Made by a program: the position numbers and the translations under genes
Notes under the pieces: model-generated
The model's database searches: none
The model's input: the letters and a program-made list of their open reading frames with translations, nothing else
What the model was told of the DNA's origin: nothing
Shown here: positions 8,124 through 17,227 of the stretch, piece by piece
How the letters are laid out: the number at the start of each line of letters is the position of its first letter
How positions within the stretch are numbered: position 1 is the first letter of the stretch
NCBI GenBank assembly: GCA_964244895.1
Contig: CAXTKV010000054.1
Location: 1-25,485 of the forward strand
Direction of reading: 5' to 3'
DNA: 25,485 nt
Source of the DNA: an uncultured Deinococcales bacterium
GTDB lineage: Bacteria > Deinococcota > Deinococci > Deinococcales > JAAFIG01

Positions 8124-8588
8124 ATGAGCGAAACGCAACCCACCCCGCAAGAAAGCCTGCTGGAATTGCTCGAGGAAACCTTTGAAAAACACCACGGTTA
8201 CTACCTGGACAAACGCGCTGGCGGTCTGTTCGGCACGCTCGAGGGCGTGAGCTTCGATGTCGCCTCGAGCCCGATCCTGCCGGAGCGCCCGACCATCGCG
8301 GCGCACGCCGAGCACCTGCGCTTCTACCTGGACGTGCTGTACCGCGGCATGCACGGCGACACCGCCCGCGCCGACTGGGACGCGAGCTGGCGCACCCAGA
8401 CGGTGACTGCACCCGAATGGGACGCGCTCAGGGCGGCGATCCGATTCGAATACGACCGCCTGATGGTGGAACTGCGCGCGATGGACGCGCAGGACACGCG
8501 GCTCGAGACGGGCATGAGCGTGCTGGCGCACACGGCGTACCACATCGGTGCGATCCGGCAATTGATACCGAAAGGCCCGCTGACGTGA
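8124..8588 (+). CDS. DinB/YfiT-superfamily protein
   Basis: TIAAHAEHL and LAHTAYHIGAIRQ His motifs; SD GGAG before ATG 8124. Confidence 0.85.
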   Translation: MSETQPTPQESLLELLEETFEKHHGYYLDKRAGGLFGTLEGVSFDVASSPILPERPTIAAHAEHLRFYLDVLYRGMHGDTARADWDASWRTQTVTAPEWDALRAAIRFEYDRLMVELRAMDAQDTRLETGMSVLAHTAYHIGAIRQLIPKGPLT

Positions 8589-9103
8589 CTGTGCCTGACT
8601 ATTACGCGTACCTCGTCCGGGCGAGGCGCGATCTGTGGGCGTTCCTCGAGACCGTGCCGGACGAGGTGCTGTCCACGTCCGTGCTGCCGGGTGAGCGCTT
8701 CCACTGCATCAAGGACCTCGTGTTGCACATCGCTGCCGTCGAGGATTCGTGGCTGCACGAGGACATTCTGCGCGATCAGCCCGTCTGGGAAATCACGCCG
8801 GAAATAGAAGGCGCAAAGGACGGACCGTTCTTCGCACAGATGCAACTCGCGGTGCTGATCGCGTACTGGCGGGCGGTGGAACACAGCACGCTGGCGTACC
8901 TCGAGCGCTTGACGCCTGAAGAACTCGAGCGCCGGGTGACGGTTCCTCGTGCGAAGGGCGATGAACATTTCACCGTTGATGGCCTGCTGTGGCACGTCAT
9001 GCAACACGAGACGCGCCACACCGCGCAGATCGCCGCGCTGGTACGACAGGCTGGTTTCAAGCCGCCGTTCCTGGATTTGTTGAACTACCTTCCCTCGAGT
9101 TGA
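8585..9103 (+). CDS. DinB/YfiT-superfamily protein
   Basis: IKDLVLHIAAVEDSW and LWHVMQHETRHTAQI; GTGA overlap with the upstream stop. Confidence 0.9.
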   Translation: MTVPDYYAYLVRARRDLWAFLETVPDEVLSTSVLPGERFHCIKDLVLHIAAVEDSWLHEDILRDQPVWEITPEIEGAKDGPFFAQMQLAVLIAYWRAVEHSTLAYLERLTPEELERRVTVPRAKGDEHFTVDGLLWHVMQHETRHTAQIAALVRQAGFKPPFLDLLNYLPSS

Positions 9104-9122
9104 TGGTTGTGCGCTGGCGAAA

Positions 9123-9626
9123 GTGAGGCTCAAAATGGGCAGGCTCGAGATTCGACCCGAACGACCCGAAGATTTCCTGTTGATCGCGGAACTGATCCCC
9201 CTCGCGTTCGACAAAACCGACGGGCGCGAGGTCGGCATGATCGAGGACATTCGCGCGTCAAATGATTACGTACCCGATCTGGCACTCGTCGCGGTGTTCG
9301 AGGGACGCGTCGTCGGGCACGCGCTGTTCTCGCACATCACGCTCGAAGGCGAACACCCGGAGCGCGTCATGAACCTCGGCCCCATCGGGGTTCATCCTGA
9401 ATTTCAACGTCGCGGCATCGGCAGCGCCTTGATTCTCGAGGGCATCCGGCGTGTGCGTGCGATGGGTGAACCACTCGTGATGTGCCTGGGGCACGAGACG
9501 TACTACCCGCGTTTCGGCTGGCGTCCAGCCAGAGAATTTGGCATCCAGCCCGACTGGGACGCGATGATGGTGCTGCCGCTGACGGATGACCTCGAGCGAT
9601 TCCGTGGGTCGCGTTATCCGCATTAA
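9123..9626 (+). CDS. GNAT N-acetyltransferase (YhbS-like, single domain)
   Basis: LGPIGVHPEFQRRGIGSALI and LGHETYYPRFGW; ATG 9135 is an alternative start. Confidence 0.9.
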   Translation: MRLKMGRLEIRPERPEDFLLIAELIPLAFDKTDGREVGMIEDIRASNDYVPDLALVAVFEGRVVGHALFSHITLEGEHPERVMNLGPIGVHPEFQRRGIGSALILEGIRRVRAMGEPLVMCLGHETYYPRFGWRPAREFGIQPDWDAMMVLPLTDDLERFRGSRYPH

Positions 9627-9637
9627 TTTCATGTCAG

Positions 9638-9685
9638 GAACACCGTCCAGGACGCATTTCTTGAATTGCGTCCTGGGCGGTGTCC
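9638..9685. repeat. REPIN-like inverted doublet
   Basis: GAACACCGTCCAGGACGCA-tttcttgaat-TGCGTCCTGGGCGGTGTCC. Confidence 0.9.
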
Positions 9686-9753
9686 CTGTACTTAAGCCGT
9701 CTGGCAGATGCACGCCAGCCGCAAAACCCTCGAGACTCCCGCAAAGGAAAACC

Positions 9754-10722
9754 ATGATCACGATTCGCAAGGCTGAACGCACCGACGACGACTACGCGAC
9801 CATCGCGCGGATTCACAACGCCGTCTACACCGATTACCCGGACACGCCCGAGGAATACCGCTTCTACGACGAGCGCCGCGAGGCAAAAATCCGCTTCGGC
9901 AGGTTGATCGCGGAACTGGACGGTCAGCCCGTCGGCGTGGGCGTCTACGGTCAGTCGGTGGACGCGTACCACCCGCAGCGGTTCTGGCTCGAGGTGATGG
10001 TCGAGCCGGATCACCAGTCCAGGGGCGTGGGTCGGGCCTTGATGGACGGGCTGAACGACGCGATCAAACCGTTCGAGCCGATCAAGCTTCGCACCGGCAC
10101 GCGGGCGGATTGGACCCGAGCGATTCACTTTCTGGAATCGGCGGGTTTCGCCGAGGAGTACCGGGCGTGGGAATCCAGGTTGAGCCCCGAGACCTTCGAT
10201 CCATCGCCGTACTCGGGGCTCGAGGCGAAGCTGAACGCCGACGGGATCGAGTTGCTGAACCTGCGCGATCTCGAGCGGATTGACCCGGATTGGAAGCGCA
10301 AGCTGTTCGATCTGGACACGGACGCCTGCCGCGACATGCCATCGACGGAAGCCTTCACGGGGCAGAGCTTCGAGCGTTTCGAGTCGGTGATCCTGGCTAA
10401 CCCGGATTTGTGCCCGGACGCTTTCCTGGTCGCGGTCAAACGCCAGCCGGATGGAACAATTGAATACCTGGGCGAAAGCACGCTGTGGCGCAAACCGGGC
10501 GATCCAAAAGCCTACAACGGTGCGACCGGAACCCGGCGCGAGTGGCGCGGAAGAAAGATCGCGCTGGCCTTGAAGGTCAAGAACCTGATCTGGGCCAGAG
10601 AAAACGGTGTCGAGGAAATCAGAACCTGGAACGACACGATCAACCGTCCGATGCTTTCGATCAACGAAAAACTGGGTTTCTTGAAAATGCCCGTCTGGGT
10701 GAATTTCGTCAAGGTTCTTTAA
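9754..10722 (+). CDS. Tandem (two-domain) GNAT acetyltransferase, paralog 1
   Basis: VEPDHQSRGVGRAL and TGTRREWRGRKIALALK...NDTINRPMLSINEKLGF; SD AAGGA before ATG 9754. Confidence 0.92.
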   Translation: MITIRKAERTDDDYATIARIHNAVYTDYPDTPEEYRFYDERREAKIRFGRLIAELDGQPVGVGVYGQSVDAYHPQRFWLEVMVEPDHQSRGVGRALMDGLNDAIKPFEPIKLRTGTRADWTRAIHFLESAGFAEEYRAWESRLSPETFDPSPYSGLEAKLNADGIELLNLRDLERIDPDWKRKLFDLDTDACRDMPSTEAFTGQSFERFESVILANPDLCPDAFLVAVKRQPDGTIEYLGESTLWRKPGDPKAYNGATGTRREWRGRKIALALKVKNLIWARENGVEEIRTWNDTINRPMLSINEKLGFLKMPVWVNFVKVL

Positions 10723-10743
10723 ACACCGTCCTTGACGGTGTTT
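10721..10743. repeat. REP-like palindrome overlapping a stop codon; terminator-like
   Basis: (T)AAACACCGTCCTTGACGGTGTTT(TT). Confidence 0.85.
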
Positions 10744-10779
10744 TTCGCGTTCACAACCGGTTCGGCCCGAGAGGTGCGC

Positions 10780-11283
10780 ATGGCATCAGACCTGAAACTC
10801 GAGATTCGAGCCCTTGAGCTCCGCGACCGCGAGGCGTGTCTGAAATTGTTCGACTCGAACGCGCCACAGTTTTTCGCGCCGCACGAACGCGCGGAGTTCG
10901 AGCAATACCTGAGCGATCCCGAGGAGCGCGGCCCGAACGCGGCGTACCTGGTGCTCCGGGTGGCTGGAACCATCGTGGCCTGCGGCGGGTACTCCGTCGC
11001 CGATGGTACGGCGGGTCTGGCGTGGGGTCTGGTCGGGCGGGATCGGCACAATGAGGGCTTCGGGACGGCGCTGCTGCTCGAGCGGTTGCGGCGCATCGCT
11101 CACTTGCCGAACGCGCATGAGGTCGTGCTGGACACGACCCAGCGATCCAGAGGATTTTTTGAGCGCTTCGGTTTTGAAGCCGTTCAGGTCACGCCGGACG
11201 GGTACGGCGCGGGCCTGGATCGCGTGGACATGCGCCTCGGGTTGACCGATCAGTCCCGAGCGAGAATCCTGGAGGCATCGTGA
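10780..11283 (+). CDS. GNAT acetyltransferase (single domain)
   Basis: LAWGLVGRDRHNEGFGTALL...GFFERFGF; SD GAGGTG. Confidence 0.88.
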   Translation: MASDLKLEIRALELRDREACLKLFDSNAPQFFAPHERAEFEQYLSDPEERGPNAAYLVLRVAGTIVACGGYSVADGTAGLAWGLVGRDRHNEGFGTALLLERLRRIAHLPNAHEVVLDTTQRSRGFFERFGFEAVQVTPDGYGAGLDRVDMRLGLTDQSRARILEAS

Positions 11284-12257
11284 GCGACCTTCAGATTGAA
11301 ATTCGAGCCGCACGCCTGCCGGATGATTACGCGGCCATCGCCGGGATCATCGCGGCGACCGACCCGGAGTTTGCGCCCACCGCCGAGGTGCTCGAGCGCG
11401 AGGATGCGTCGCTCGATCCGGCCTTGAACTTCGCGCGCTTCGTCGCGGAGGGCTCGAGCCAGGAGGTGCGCACTGCGGTCGGTACGGCCTCGGTCGGGCA
11501 CGACCGCTGGAATCCGAGCGAGGGCGTGTGGGTGCTGCACATCCGCGTGCAGCCCGAGTTTCAACGGCGCGGCATCGGCGGGCTTTTATACCAGCGCGTT
11601 CTGAAATACGCGTCCGAGCTGGGATTGCGCGAACTGAAAACCCAGGCTCGAGAGGACAACCATGCCGCCATTCGGTTCCTGACGAAGCTCGGCTTCCGCG
11701 AGGTCTGGCGGCGGTTCCAGTCCAGCCTCGAGACGGCGAACTTCGATTTCGGGCCGTACGCACACCTGGAGAAGCAAGTTGAAGCCAACGGCATCAGGAT
11801 TCTGACCTACCCGGAACTCGAGGCTGATCCCGGACGAGACCGGAAACTTTTCGAGCTGGACAAGGAACTCTCGTTGGACATCCCGACCGGCGAGGCACTG
11901 GTCGATCCCAGCTTCGAGCTCTGGAAAGCCGAATTTCTCGAGTCGCGACGCGTGCTGAAGGACGGGTTCTTCGTGGCGGTGGCGGGCCACGATTACGTCG
12001 GATTGAGCACGCTCTGGACGGACGGGCCAAGACTGCTGACCGCCATGACGGGCGTGCGGCGGTCGCACCGCGGGTTGGGGCTGGCGCTGGCGCTCAAATT
12101 GCGCGGTATTCAGTACGCCAAGGATCACGGCAGCAAGGAGATCACGACCATGAACGACGCGCCGAACGCCGCGATGATCGGCATCAACCAGAAACTGGGA
12201 TTCGAGCGCGCGCCCGAATGGGTGCGCTACGCCAGAAACTTCGAGGGAAATCCATGA
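11280..12257 (+). CDS. Tandem GNAT acetyltransferase, paralog 2
   Basis: VQPEFQRRGIGG and TGVRRSHRGLGLALALK...NDAPNAAMIGINQKLGF; GTGA overlap. Confidence 0.92.
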   Translation: MSDLQIEIRAARLPDDYAAIAGIIAATDPEFAPTAEVLEREDASLDPALNFARFVAEGSSQEVRTAVGTASVGHDRWNPSEGVWVLHIRVQPEFQRRGIGGLLYQRVLKYASELGLRELKTQAREDNHAAIRFLTKLGFREVWRRFQSSLETANFDFGPYAHLEKQVEANGIRILTYPELEADPGRDRKLFELDKELSLDIPTGEALVDPSFELWKAEFLESRRVLKDGFFVAVAGHDYVGLSTLWTDGPRLLTAMTGVRRSHRGLGLALALKLRGIQYAKDHGSKEITTMNDAPNAAMIGINQKLGFERAPEWVRYARNFEGNP

Positions 12258-13255
12258 GTACCGCCCCAGACGCACATTTCGAGATCCGCGCCACGCGCAC
12301 GCCCGAAGATTACACCGCCATCGCCGCCGTGCTGTACGCCGTCAACCCGGAATGGCCAGTCACGCCCGAAGACCTGGCCAGAGAGGACGCCGACCGCGAA
12401 GCGAAGTACCATTTTATGAGTTTCGTGGCGGAAGTCCTCGAGAATTCCGGGAATGGCCCCGAGCGGCGCATCGTCGGCGTGGGTACGGTCGGACACAACC
12501 CGTTCAGCCACCGTGAGGACAAGTACGGCGTGAACGTGCGCGTCCACCCGGAATTCCGTCGGCGCGGCATCGGGCAGGCGTTGTACCAGACGATCCTGAA
12601 CCACCTTTTGCCGCGCAACCCCGGTGAACTGGTGGGCTTCACGCGTGAGCACTGGCCGGAGGCGATCGGATGGCTGGAACGTCGCGGTTTCCGCGAGGTA
12701 CACCGCCGTTTCGAGTCGCGGCTGAAGCCCTCCAGCGTCAACCTCGAGCAGTACGCGGGCCTGGAGAATCGGGTGCGCGAAGCGGGCATCGAGATCAAAA
12801 CGTTTTCAGAGATCACCGACCCCGAGCGCGAGCGCAAACTCTACGAATTGGACGCGGAAACCATGCAGGACGTACCCTTCGGCGAACCCGTCACCATGCC
12901 CAGCTTCGAGCAGTTCAAAAAAACGGATCTCGAAGGCCCGAGTTACGTGCCGGACGGTATTTTTATCGCGCTCAGGGGTGAGGAATTCGTTGGACTCTCG
13001 AGCTTCGCGCACGATCCAGGCGCTGATTTCGTCGGCATCCGCATGACCGGCGTGAAACGCGATTATCGCGGGTTGGGGTTGGCCAAACTCCTGAAATTGC
13101 GCGGCCTGCAGTACGCGCTGGAACACGGCGATCTGGAGATCCGCACCACCAACGATCCCGATAACGCTGGCATGCTCAAGATCAACCGCGACATGGGTTT
13201 CTCGCCGCAACCCGCGTCGTTGCGCTTCTCGAAGATGCTCGGGCGATCCGAGTGA
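12254..13255 (+). CDS. Tandem GNAT acetyltransferase, paralog 3
   Basis: VHPEFRRRGIGQAL and TGVKRDYRGLGLAKLLK...NDPDNAGMLKINRDMGF; ATGA overlap at 12254. Confidence 0.92.
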   Translation: MSTAPDAHFEIRATRTPEDYTAIAAVLYAVNPEWPVTPEDLAREDADREAKYHFMSFVAEVLENSGNGPERRIVGVGTVGHNPFSHREDKYGVNVRVHPEFRRRGIGQALYQTILNHLLPRNPGELVGFTREHWPEAIGWLERRGFREVHRRFESRLKPSSVNLEQYAGLENRVREAGIEIKTFSEITDPERERKLYELDAETMQDVPFGEPVTMPSFEQFKKTDLEGPSYVPDGIFIALRGEEFVGLSSFAHDPGADFVGIRMTGVKRDYRGLGLAKLLKLRGLQYALEHGDLEIRTTNDPDNAGMLKINRDMGFSPQPASLRFSKMLGRSE

Positions 13256-13273
13256 ACTCGATCCTCGAGCGAA

Positions 13274-13334
13274 GAGAACACCGTTCAGGACGGCGTTCTC
13301 TCGAGATGGAACTCTCGCGTCCCAGACGGTGTCC
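13274..13334. repeat. REP-like doublet between convergent genes
   Basis: GAGAACACCGTTCAGGACGGCGTTCT-CTCGAG-...CGCGTCCCAGACGGTGTCC. Confidence 0.8.
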
Positions 13335-13335
13335 T

Positions 13336-13533
13336 TCAATCCTTGACGCCGAAGGTTCTGCTGACCAGATGATCGATCAACAAGAACAGCCCCAAACCCA
13401 ACAAGAGCAATCCCCACCACGGCATCTGCACCCAGATCACGATGAAGACGCGCTCGAGCACCTTATAGAGCAAAAACCCGAAAATCAGCGTCGTGACCAG
13501 GCTGGCCAGGGTGCGGCGAACGTCTTTGAACAT
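13336..13533 (-). CDS. Small two-TM membrane protein (65 aa)
   Basis: Two hydrophobic helices; leaderless TATCCT (13545-13540) 6 nt before ATG; fills the gap between GNAT genes. Confidence 0.75.
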   Translation of the reverse strand: MFKDVRRTLASLVTTLIFGFLLYKVLERVFIVIWVQMPWWGLLLLGLGLFLLIDHLVSRTFGVKD

Positions 13534-13555
13534 GACATAAGGATAAGGGATCAGC

Positions 13556-14509
13556 GTGAACTACACGATTCGAGCCTTCAAACTTGAGGATGTACCCGGC
13601 TTCATCGCCGCGCAGAACGAGGCCACACCGCAACACCCGTTGTCACAGGGTGAATTCGAGCGCGATCTGGACAGGCTCGAGCCGCACTTGCAACCTCGCC
13701 TACTCGTCGCAGAGGCGGATGGCGATCTCGTCGGTGGAGCCAGTTTCTACCGCAACGCAGGCGCTTACCATCCGCACAAGTTCCAGTTGCAAGTCTTCGT
13801 CAGGCCAGCATTTCAATCTCGGGGCGTCGGAAAGGCGCTCTACGACGCGGTACTCGAGGAATTGGCCGCACTCGAGCCGATCAGCTTGAGCGCGCACGTG
13901 CGCGAGAGCGAACCGCGAGCCGTGCGGTTCGCCGCGAGTCGCGGTTTTCTGGAAACCAAGCGCGATTTCGAGAGCATCCTCGAGACGGAAGGTTTCAATG
14001 CGAGCCTCTATGGCCGTCTTTTCTCGAGGCTCGAGCGCGAGGGCGTGAGCTTCAAAAGCTTCCGCGACCTGGACACGCCAGCCTTCCGGCGCGCCTTCCA
14101 CGAGGTCTTCGGGGTCGTGCGGCTGGACGTGCCGCGCAGCGAAGCACCCACACCGTTGAGCTTCGAGTTCTTCAATGAGAACGTGATCGACGATCCCGAG
14201 ATGCTCCAGGATGTCTTCTGGTTTGCGCTCAGGGGTGAAAAGATTCTCGGCTTCACGGGCGGCTACCGGGGCGCGAAACCGGGCTGGATGGACACCTGGC
14301 TGACCGCCGTAACCCGCGAGGCTCGAGGGTGCGGGATCGCGACGGCGCTCAAAATTCGAGCGATCCAGGCGGCGAAAGTGGCGGGCTTCACCAGCATCCG
14401 CACCGACAACGACACGAGAAACAGCGCGATGCTGGCCGTCAACGTCAAGCTCGGGTTTGCGCGGCAACCCGCCGTTTTGAGCGTGCGCAAGATCTTCCGC
14501 GATGAATAA
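13556..14509 (+). CDS. Tandem GNAT acetyltransferase, paralog 4
   Basis: VRPAFQSRGVGKAL and TAVTREARGCGIATALK...NDTRNSAMLAVNVKLGF; SD AAGGGA before GTG. Confidence 0.92.
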   Translation: MNYTIRAFKLEDVPGFIAAQNEATPQHPLSQGEFERDLDRLEPHLQPRLLVAEADGDLVGGASFYRNAGAYHPHKFQLQVFVRPAFQSRGVGKALYDAVLEELAALEPISLSAHVRESEPRAVRFAASRGFLETKRDFESILETEGFNASLYGRLFSRLEREGVSFKSFRDLDTPAFRRAFHEVFGVVRLDVPRSEAPTPLSFEFFNENVIDDPEMLQDVFWFALRGEKILGFTGGYRGAKPGWMDTWLTAVTREARGCGIATALKIRAIQAAKVAGFTSIRTDNDTRNSAMLAVNVKLGFARQPAVLSVRKIFRDE

Positions 14510-14570
14510 CACCGTCCAGCACGGTGTTTCTCGAGATGACAAGAACACCGTCCGGGACGGTGCGCTCGAG
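14508..14570. repeat. Two tandem REP-like palindromes, each followed by CTCGAG
   Basis: (T)AACACCGTCCAGCACGGTGTTT-CTCGAG-atgacaa-GAACACCGTCCGGGACGGTGCG-CTCGAG. Confidence 0.9.
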
Positions 14571-14613
14571 AATCAACCCGAAGAACCTGTTACCTTCTAA
14601 CCAGAGGAACCCC

Positions 14614-15570
14614 ATGCTCGAAATTCGAGAATTCCAGGAAAGCGATTACGCCGCCATCGCCATCGTCTACAACGCCGCGCAACCCGAGAAGAATCACACC
14701 GCCGACGGCCTGCGCCACGCGGACGGGACGCGGGACGAGAAGTGCAAGCACGCGCGCTGGGTGGCGGAAATGGCTGGTCGGATCGTCGGCGTGGCCGAGT
14801 ACGACCAGTTCGCGGGCATGTACCACCCGCGCAAGTTCGGCGCTTGGGTTCACCTGGAACCCCAGCACGACAACGTGCAAAACCGCGCGGCGCTGTGGGA
14901 TCGGATCGTGGCGGCGCTCGAGGTCTTCGAGCCGTTGAGCATCCTGTCTTACGGGCGCGAGGATCGGCGCGCGACGATTGAATTCCTGGTATCGCAGGGC
15001 TTTCAGGAAAAAATGCGCTACTGGGAATCCAGGTTAGACGTGAACGCCTTCGATCCAGCACCATACAAAGGCGTGCAGGACGATGTTCACGCGGCGGGCT
15101 TCGAGATCAAAACGCTGGCGGAGCTTGGGGATGACCCCGAGTACAGGCAAAAGCTGTTCGAGCTCTGGGCCGATTGCCGCCGCGACGTACCGCGCCCGGA
15201 CGAGGCCACCGAGGTCGGCTTTGCGCAGTTCAGCAAGTGGACGTTTGAAAGCCCGTACCTGCTGCGCGACGCGTGTTTCATCGCGCTCGAGACACTGACG
15301 GGGCGTTGGGCTGGCATGTCGCAACTCTGGAAATCCGAGGGCGCGTACCTGAGCACCGGCTTGACCGCCGTGCGCCGAGAGTACCGGCGCAACAGGTTGG
15401 CGCTGGCCACGAAATTGCGCGGCATCGAGTACGCCAGATCCGTGAATTCGCCGGAAATTCGCACGGGCAACGAGAGCAACAACCGGGGAATGCTATCCAT
15501 CAACGAGGCGTTGGGCTTCGTCAAGCAGCCCGCCTGGATCGATCTGGTCAAGGTCTTGCGGGAGGAGTGA
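14614..15570 (+). CDS. Tandem GNAT acetyltransferase, paralog 5 (degenerate CoA-binding loops)
   Basis: YHPRKF, WESRL..AFDPAPY, TAVRREYRRNRLALATK...NESNNRGMLSINEALGF; SD AGAGGA before ATG 14614. Confidence 0.9.
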   Translation: MLEIREFQESDYAAIAIVYNAAQPEKNHTADGLRHADGTRDEKCKHARWVAEMAGRIVGVAEYDQFAGMYHPRKFGAWVHLEPQHDNVQNRAALWDRIVAALEVFEPLSILSYGREDRRATIEFLVSQGFQEKMRYWESRLDVNAFDPAPYKGVQDDVHAAGFEIKTLAELGDDPEYRQKLFELWADCRRDVPRPDEATEVGFAQFSKWTFESPYLLRDACFIALETLTGRWAGMSQLWKSEGAYLSTGLTAVRREYRRNRLALATKLRGIEYARSVNSPEIRTGNESNNRGMLSINEALGFVKQPAWIDLVKVLREE

Positions 15571-16502
15571 GCGTGACTCGAGCATCCGAGGGCGAAATTC
15601 GCACGGTTTTAGAGCAGTACGGACTCGAGGGCGCGTCCCTGACGGTCTTGCGCGACCTGGGGAATACCGTCCTGCGCGCGGATCTGAACTCGAGTCGCTA
15701 CAGCGTGCGCATGTGTGCGCCCGACGCCACGCGCGCTCGGCTCGAGGCGGAACTCGACTGGCTGGAGGCCTTGCGGCGCGACACGGGTTTGATCGTGCCG
15801 CAGCCCGTGTTGAACGCGAGCGATGAGTACATCAGCCGCGTTGGTGAGCGGCTGGCAGTCGTGTTTCGCTGGGTCGGTGGCGAACCCGTTTCGGGTCGCA
15901 TGAACCTCCAAACGGCGCGGGCCATCGGTGGGCTCACGGCGCGGCTGCACCATCACGCCAGAACGTACCGCCCGAGCAACTTCGCGGGCTTGCGTTTTGA
16001 TCTGGACTGGCTGAACGGCCCGAACTCGTGGTGGACGACGAAAGCCAGGCGCGACCTGAAAGACGACTTCGCGAGTCTCGAGCCCGCCATCGCATTTTGC
16101 GCGTCCGTCATGGCGAAACTCGGAAGCTCGAGCGAGCATTTTGGGTTGATCCATTCCGATCTGAATTTTGGCAACGTCCTCGTTCACGACGATTGGTTTC
16201 GGGTCATCGATTTCGAGGCGTGCGGGATGGGGTATTTCCTGATGGATCTGGGCGTGACCGAGATCGAATTTCTGGATTACGACGACGGGTCCGAGCTGGT
16301 CGCGGCTTTTCGCTCGGCTTACAGCGTCGTGCGAAGGATCGAGCTCGAGCCGTCCGACCTGGCGGCGTTTCGGATCGCGGCCTGCGTGGTGTACCTGGAA
16401 TGGTTGTTCACCCACCCGAACCCGGCGGTGCGCCGGGAAAAAATGCGCTGGGTTCTGAGAACCCTGGCGCTGATGCGGGGCGCGCTGGCGCGACAGGACT
16501 AA
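15567..16502 (+). CDS. Aminoglycoside-phosphotransferase/choline-kinase-fold phosphotransferase (homoserine kinase type II/SrkA-like)
   Basis: GLIHSDLNFGNVL and VIDFEACG motifs; EAELDWLEAL...VPQPV; GTGA overlap (GTG 15573 is an alternative start). Confidence 0.88.
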   Translation: MSVTRASEGEIRTVLEQYGLEGASLTVLRDLGNTVLRADLNSSRYSVRMCAPDATRARLEAELDWLEALRRDTGLIVPQPVLNASDEYISRVGERLAVVFRWVGGEPVSGRMNLQTARAIGGLTARLHHHARTYRPSNFAGLRFDLDWLNGPNSWWTTKARRDLKDDFASLEPAIAFCASVMAKLGSSSEHFGLIHSDLNFGNVLVHDDWFRVIDFEACGMGYFLMDLGVTEIEFLDYDDGSELVAAFRSAYSVVRRIELEPSDLAAFRIAACVVYLEWLFTHPNPAVRREKMRWVLRTLALMRGALARQD

Positions 16503-16523
16503 AACATCGCGCAGGGCGGTTTT
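16501..16523. repeat. Degenerate REP-like palindrome at a stop codon
   Basis: (T)AAAACATCGCGCAGGGCGGTTTT. Confidence 0.4.
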
Positions 16524-16550
16524 CGCTGGTGTTAGGATCGGCGCTCAACG

Positions 16551-17066
16551 ATGGCGCAGGTTCCGCAGAACGTCCAGATCAGCCCCGAACGCCTCGAGCA
16601 ATGGCGCGCCACCGTCGCCTGGCTCGAGACGCAACGCTTCGAGCGCGTGCGCGAGGTCAGCGATGTACCAAAAGAATTCCGCGAGTTATTCCAACCGGAA
16701 AACCAGGACGAACTCCGGGCGCTCGGGCTGGTCGGGCGGGCCGGAAATTACTGGTTGTTGCGCCCGGATCACGCCCTCAAGTTGGCGTACTTCGGTGGCG
16801 ATCCGGCAACCGTTGCAGGCATGAACGCCGTGCAGAACAGACTAGAGGCGCTGGCGGATCGGTTCTTGAGGCGCGTCGAAACCCTCGATGGCATCCTGGC
16901 GTTGGAACGCGGCACGAGATCGAAATGGGAAACCGACTGGGCGTTGGTGGCTCGCGGTCAGCGCGAGGCGATGAATCGGGTCAGCGTGTTCGCGCTGCGC
17001 GGGTACGTCTCCGAGATCGCTCGGGCCGCCAGGGAACTGCGCCGCGAGGCGAGAATCGGCGGTTGA
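16551..17066 (+). CDS. Hypothetical protein (171 aa, predicted helical)
   Basis: ORF with host-like codon usage; extended -10 TGtTAGGAT at 16530-16538. Confidence 0.75.
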   Translation: MAQVPQNVQISPERLEQWRATVAWLETQRFERVREVSDVPKEFRELFQPENQDELRALGLVGRAGNYWLLRPDHALKLAYFGGDPATVAGMNAVQNRLEALADRFLRRVETLDGILALERGTRSKWETDWALVARGQREAMNRVSVFALRGYVSEIARAARELRREARIGG

Positions 17067-17153
17067 GCGCCTGGCTTCCGAATCTCGAGCGAGACATCAT
17101 TTGGGTGCGCTTCGTGCGCGGAGCCGCACAGATTCAACTCGAGAGAAACGCCT

Positions 17154-17201
17154 GAACACCGTCCAGCACGCAAATATTAATCTGCGTGCTGGACGGTGTT
17201 C
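17154..17201. repeat. Perfect REPIN-like inverted doublet (19-bp arms) between convergent genes
   Basis: GAACACCGTCCAGCACGCA-aatattaatc-TGCGTGCTGGACGGTGTTC. Confidence 0.92.
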
Positions 17202-17227
17202 CGGAGCGACTCGAGCGGTCGCGTTCC

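Noticed and set aside
13252..13587. 111-aa plus-strand ORF bridging the GNAT genes
   Set aside because: It is antisense to the 65-aa membrane gene and reads through a REP element; its Gln/Glu-rich composition mirrors hydrophobic codons on the other strand.
6752..16502. RiPP cluster with the 40-aa peptide as precursor
   Set aside because: No RRE, protease, transporter or hallmark RiPP enzyme is visible, and GNAT/DinB expansions are common without RiPPs. It is kept only as a leader-peptide finding.
7984..17201. CRISPR array or classical integron cassette array
   Set aside because: The repeats are irregularly spaced and separated by whole genes. There is no cas or intI gene. The hairpins lack attC extrahelical bases. 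Several GNAT genes are coupled with no repeat between them, and copies also occur outside the array.
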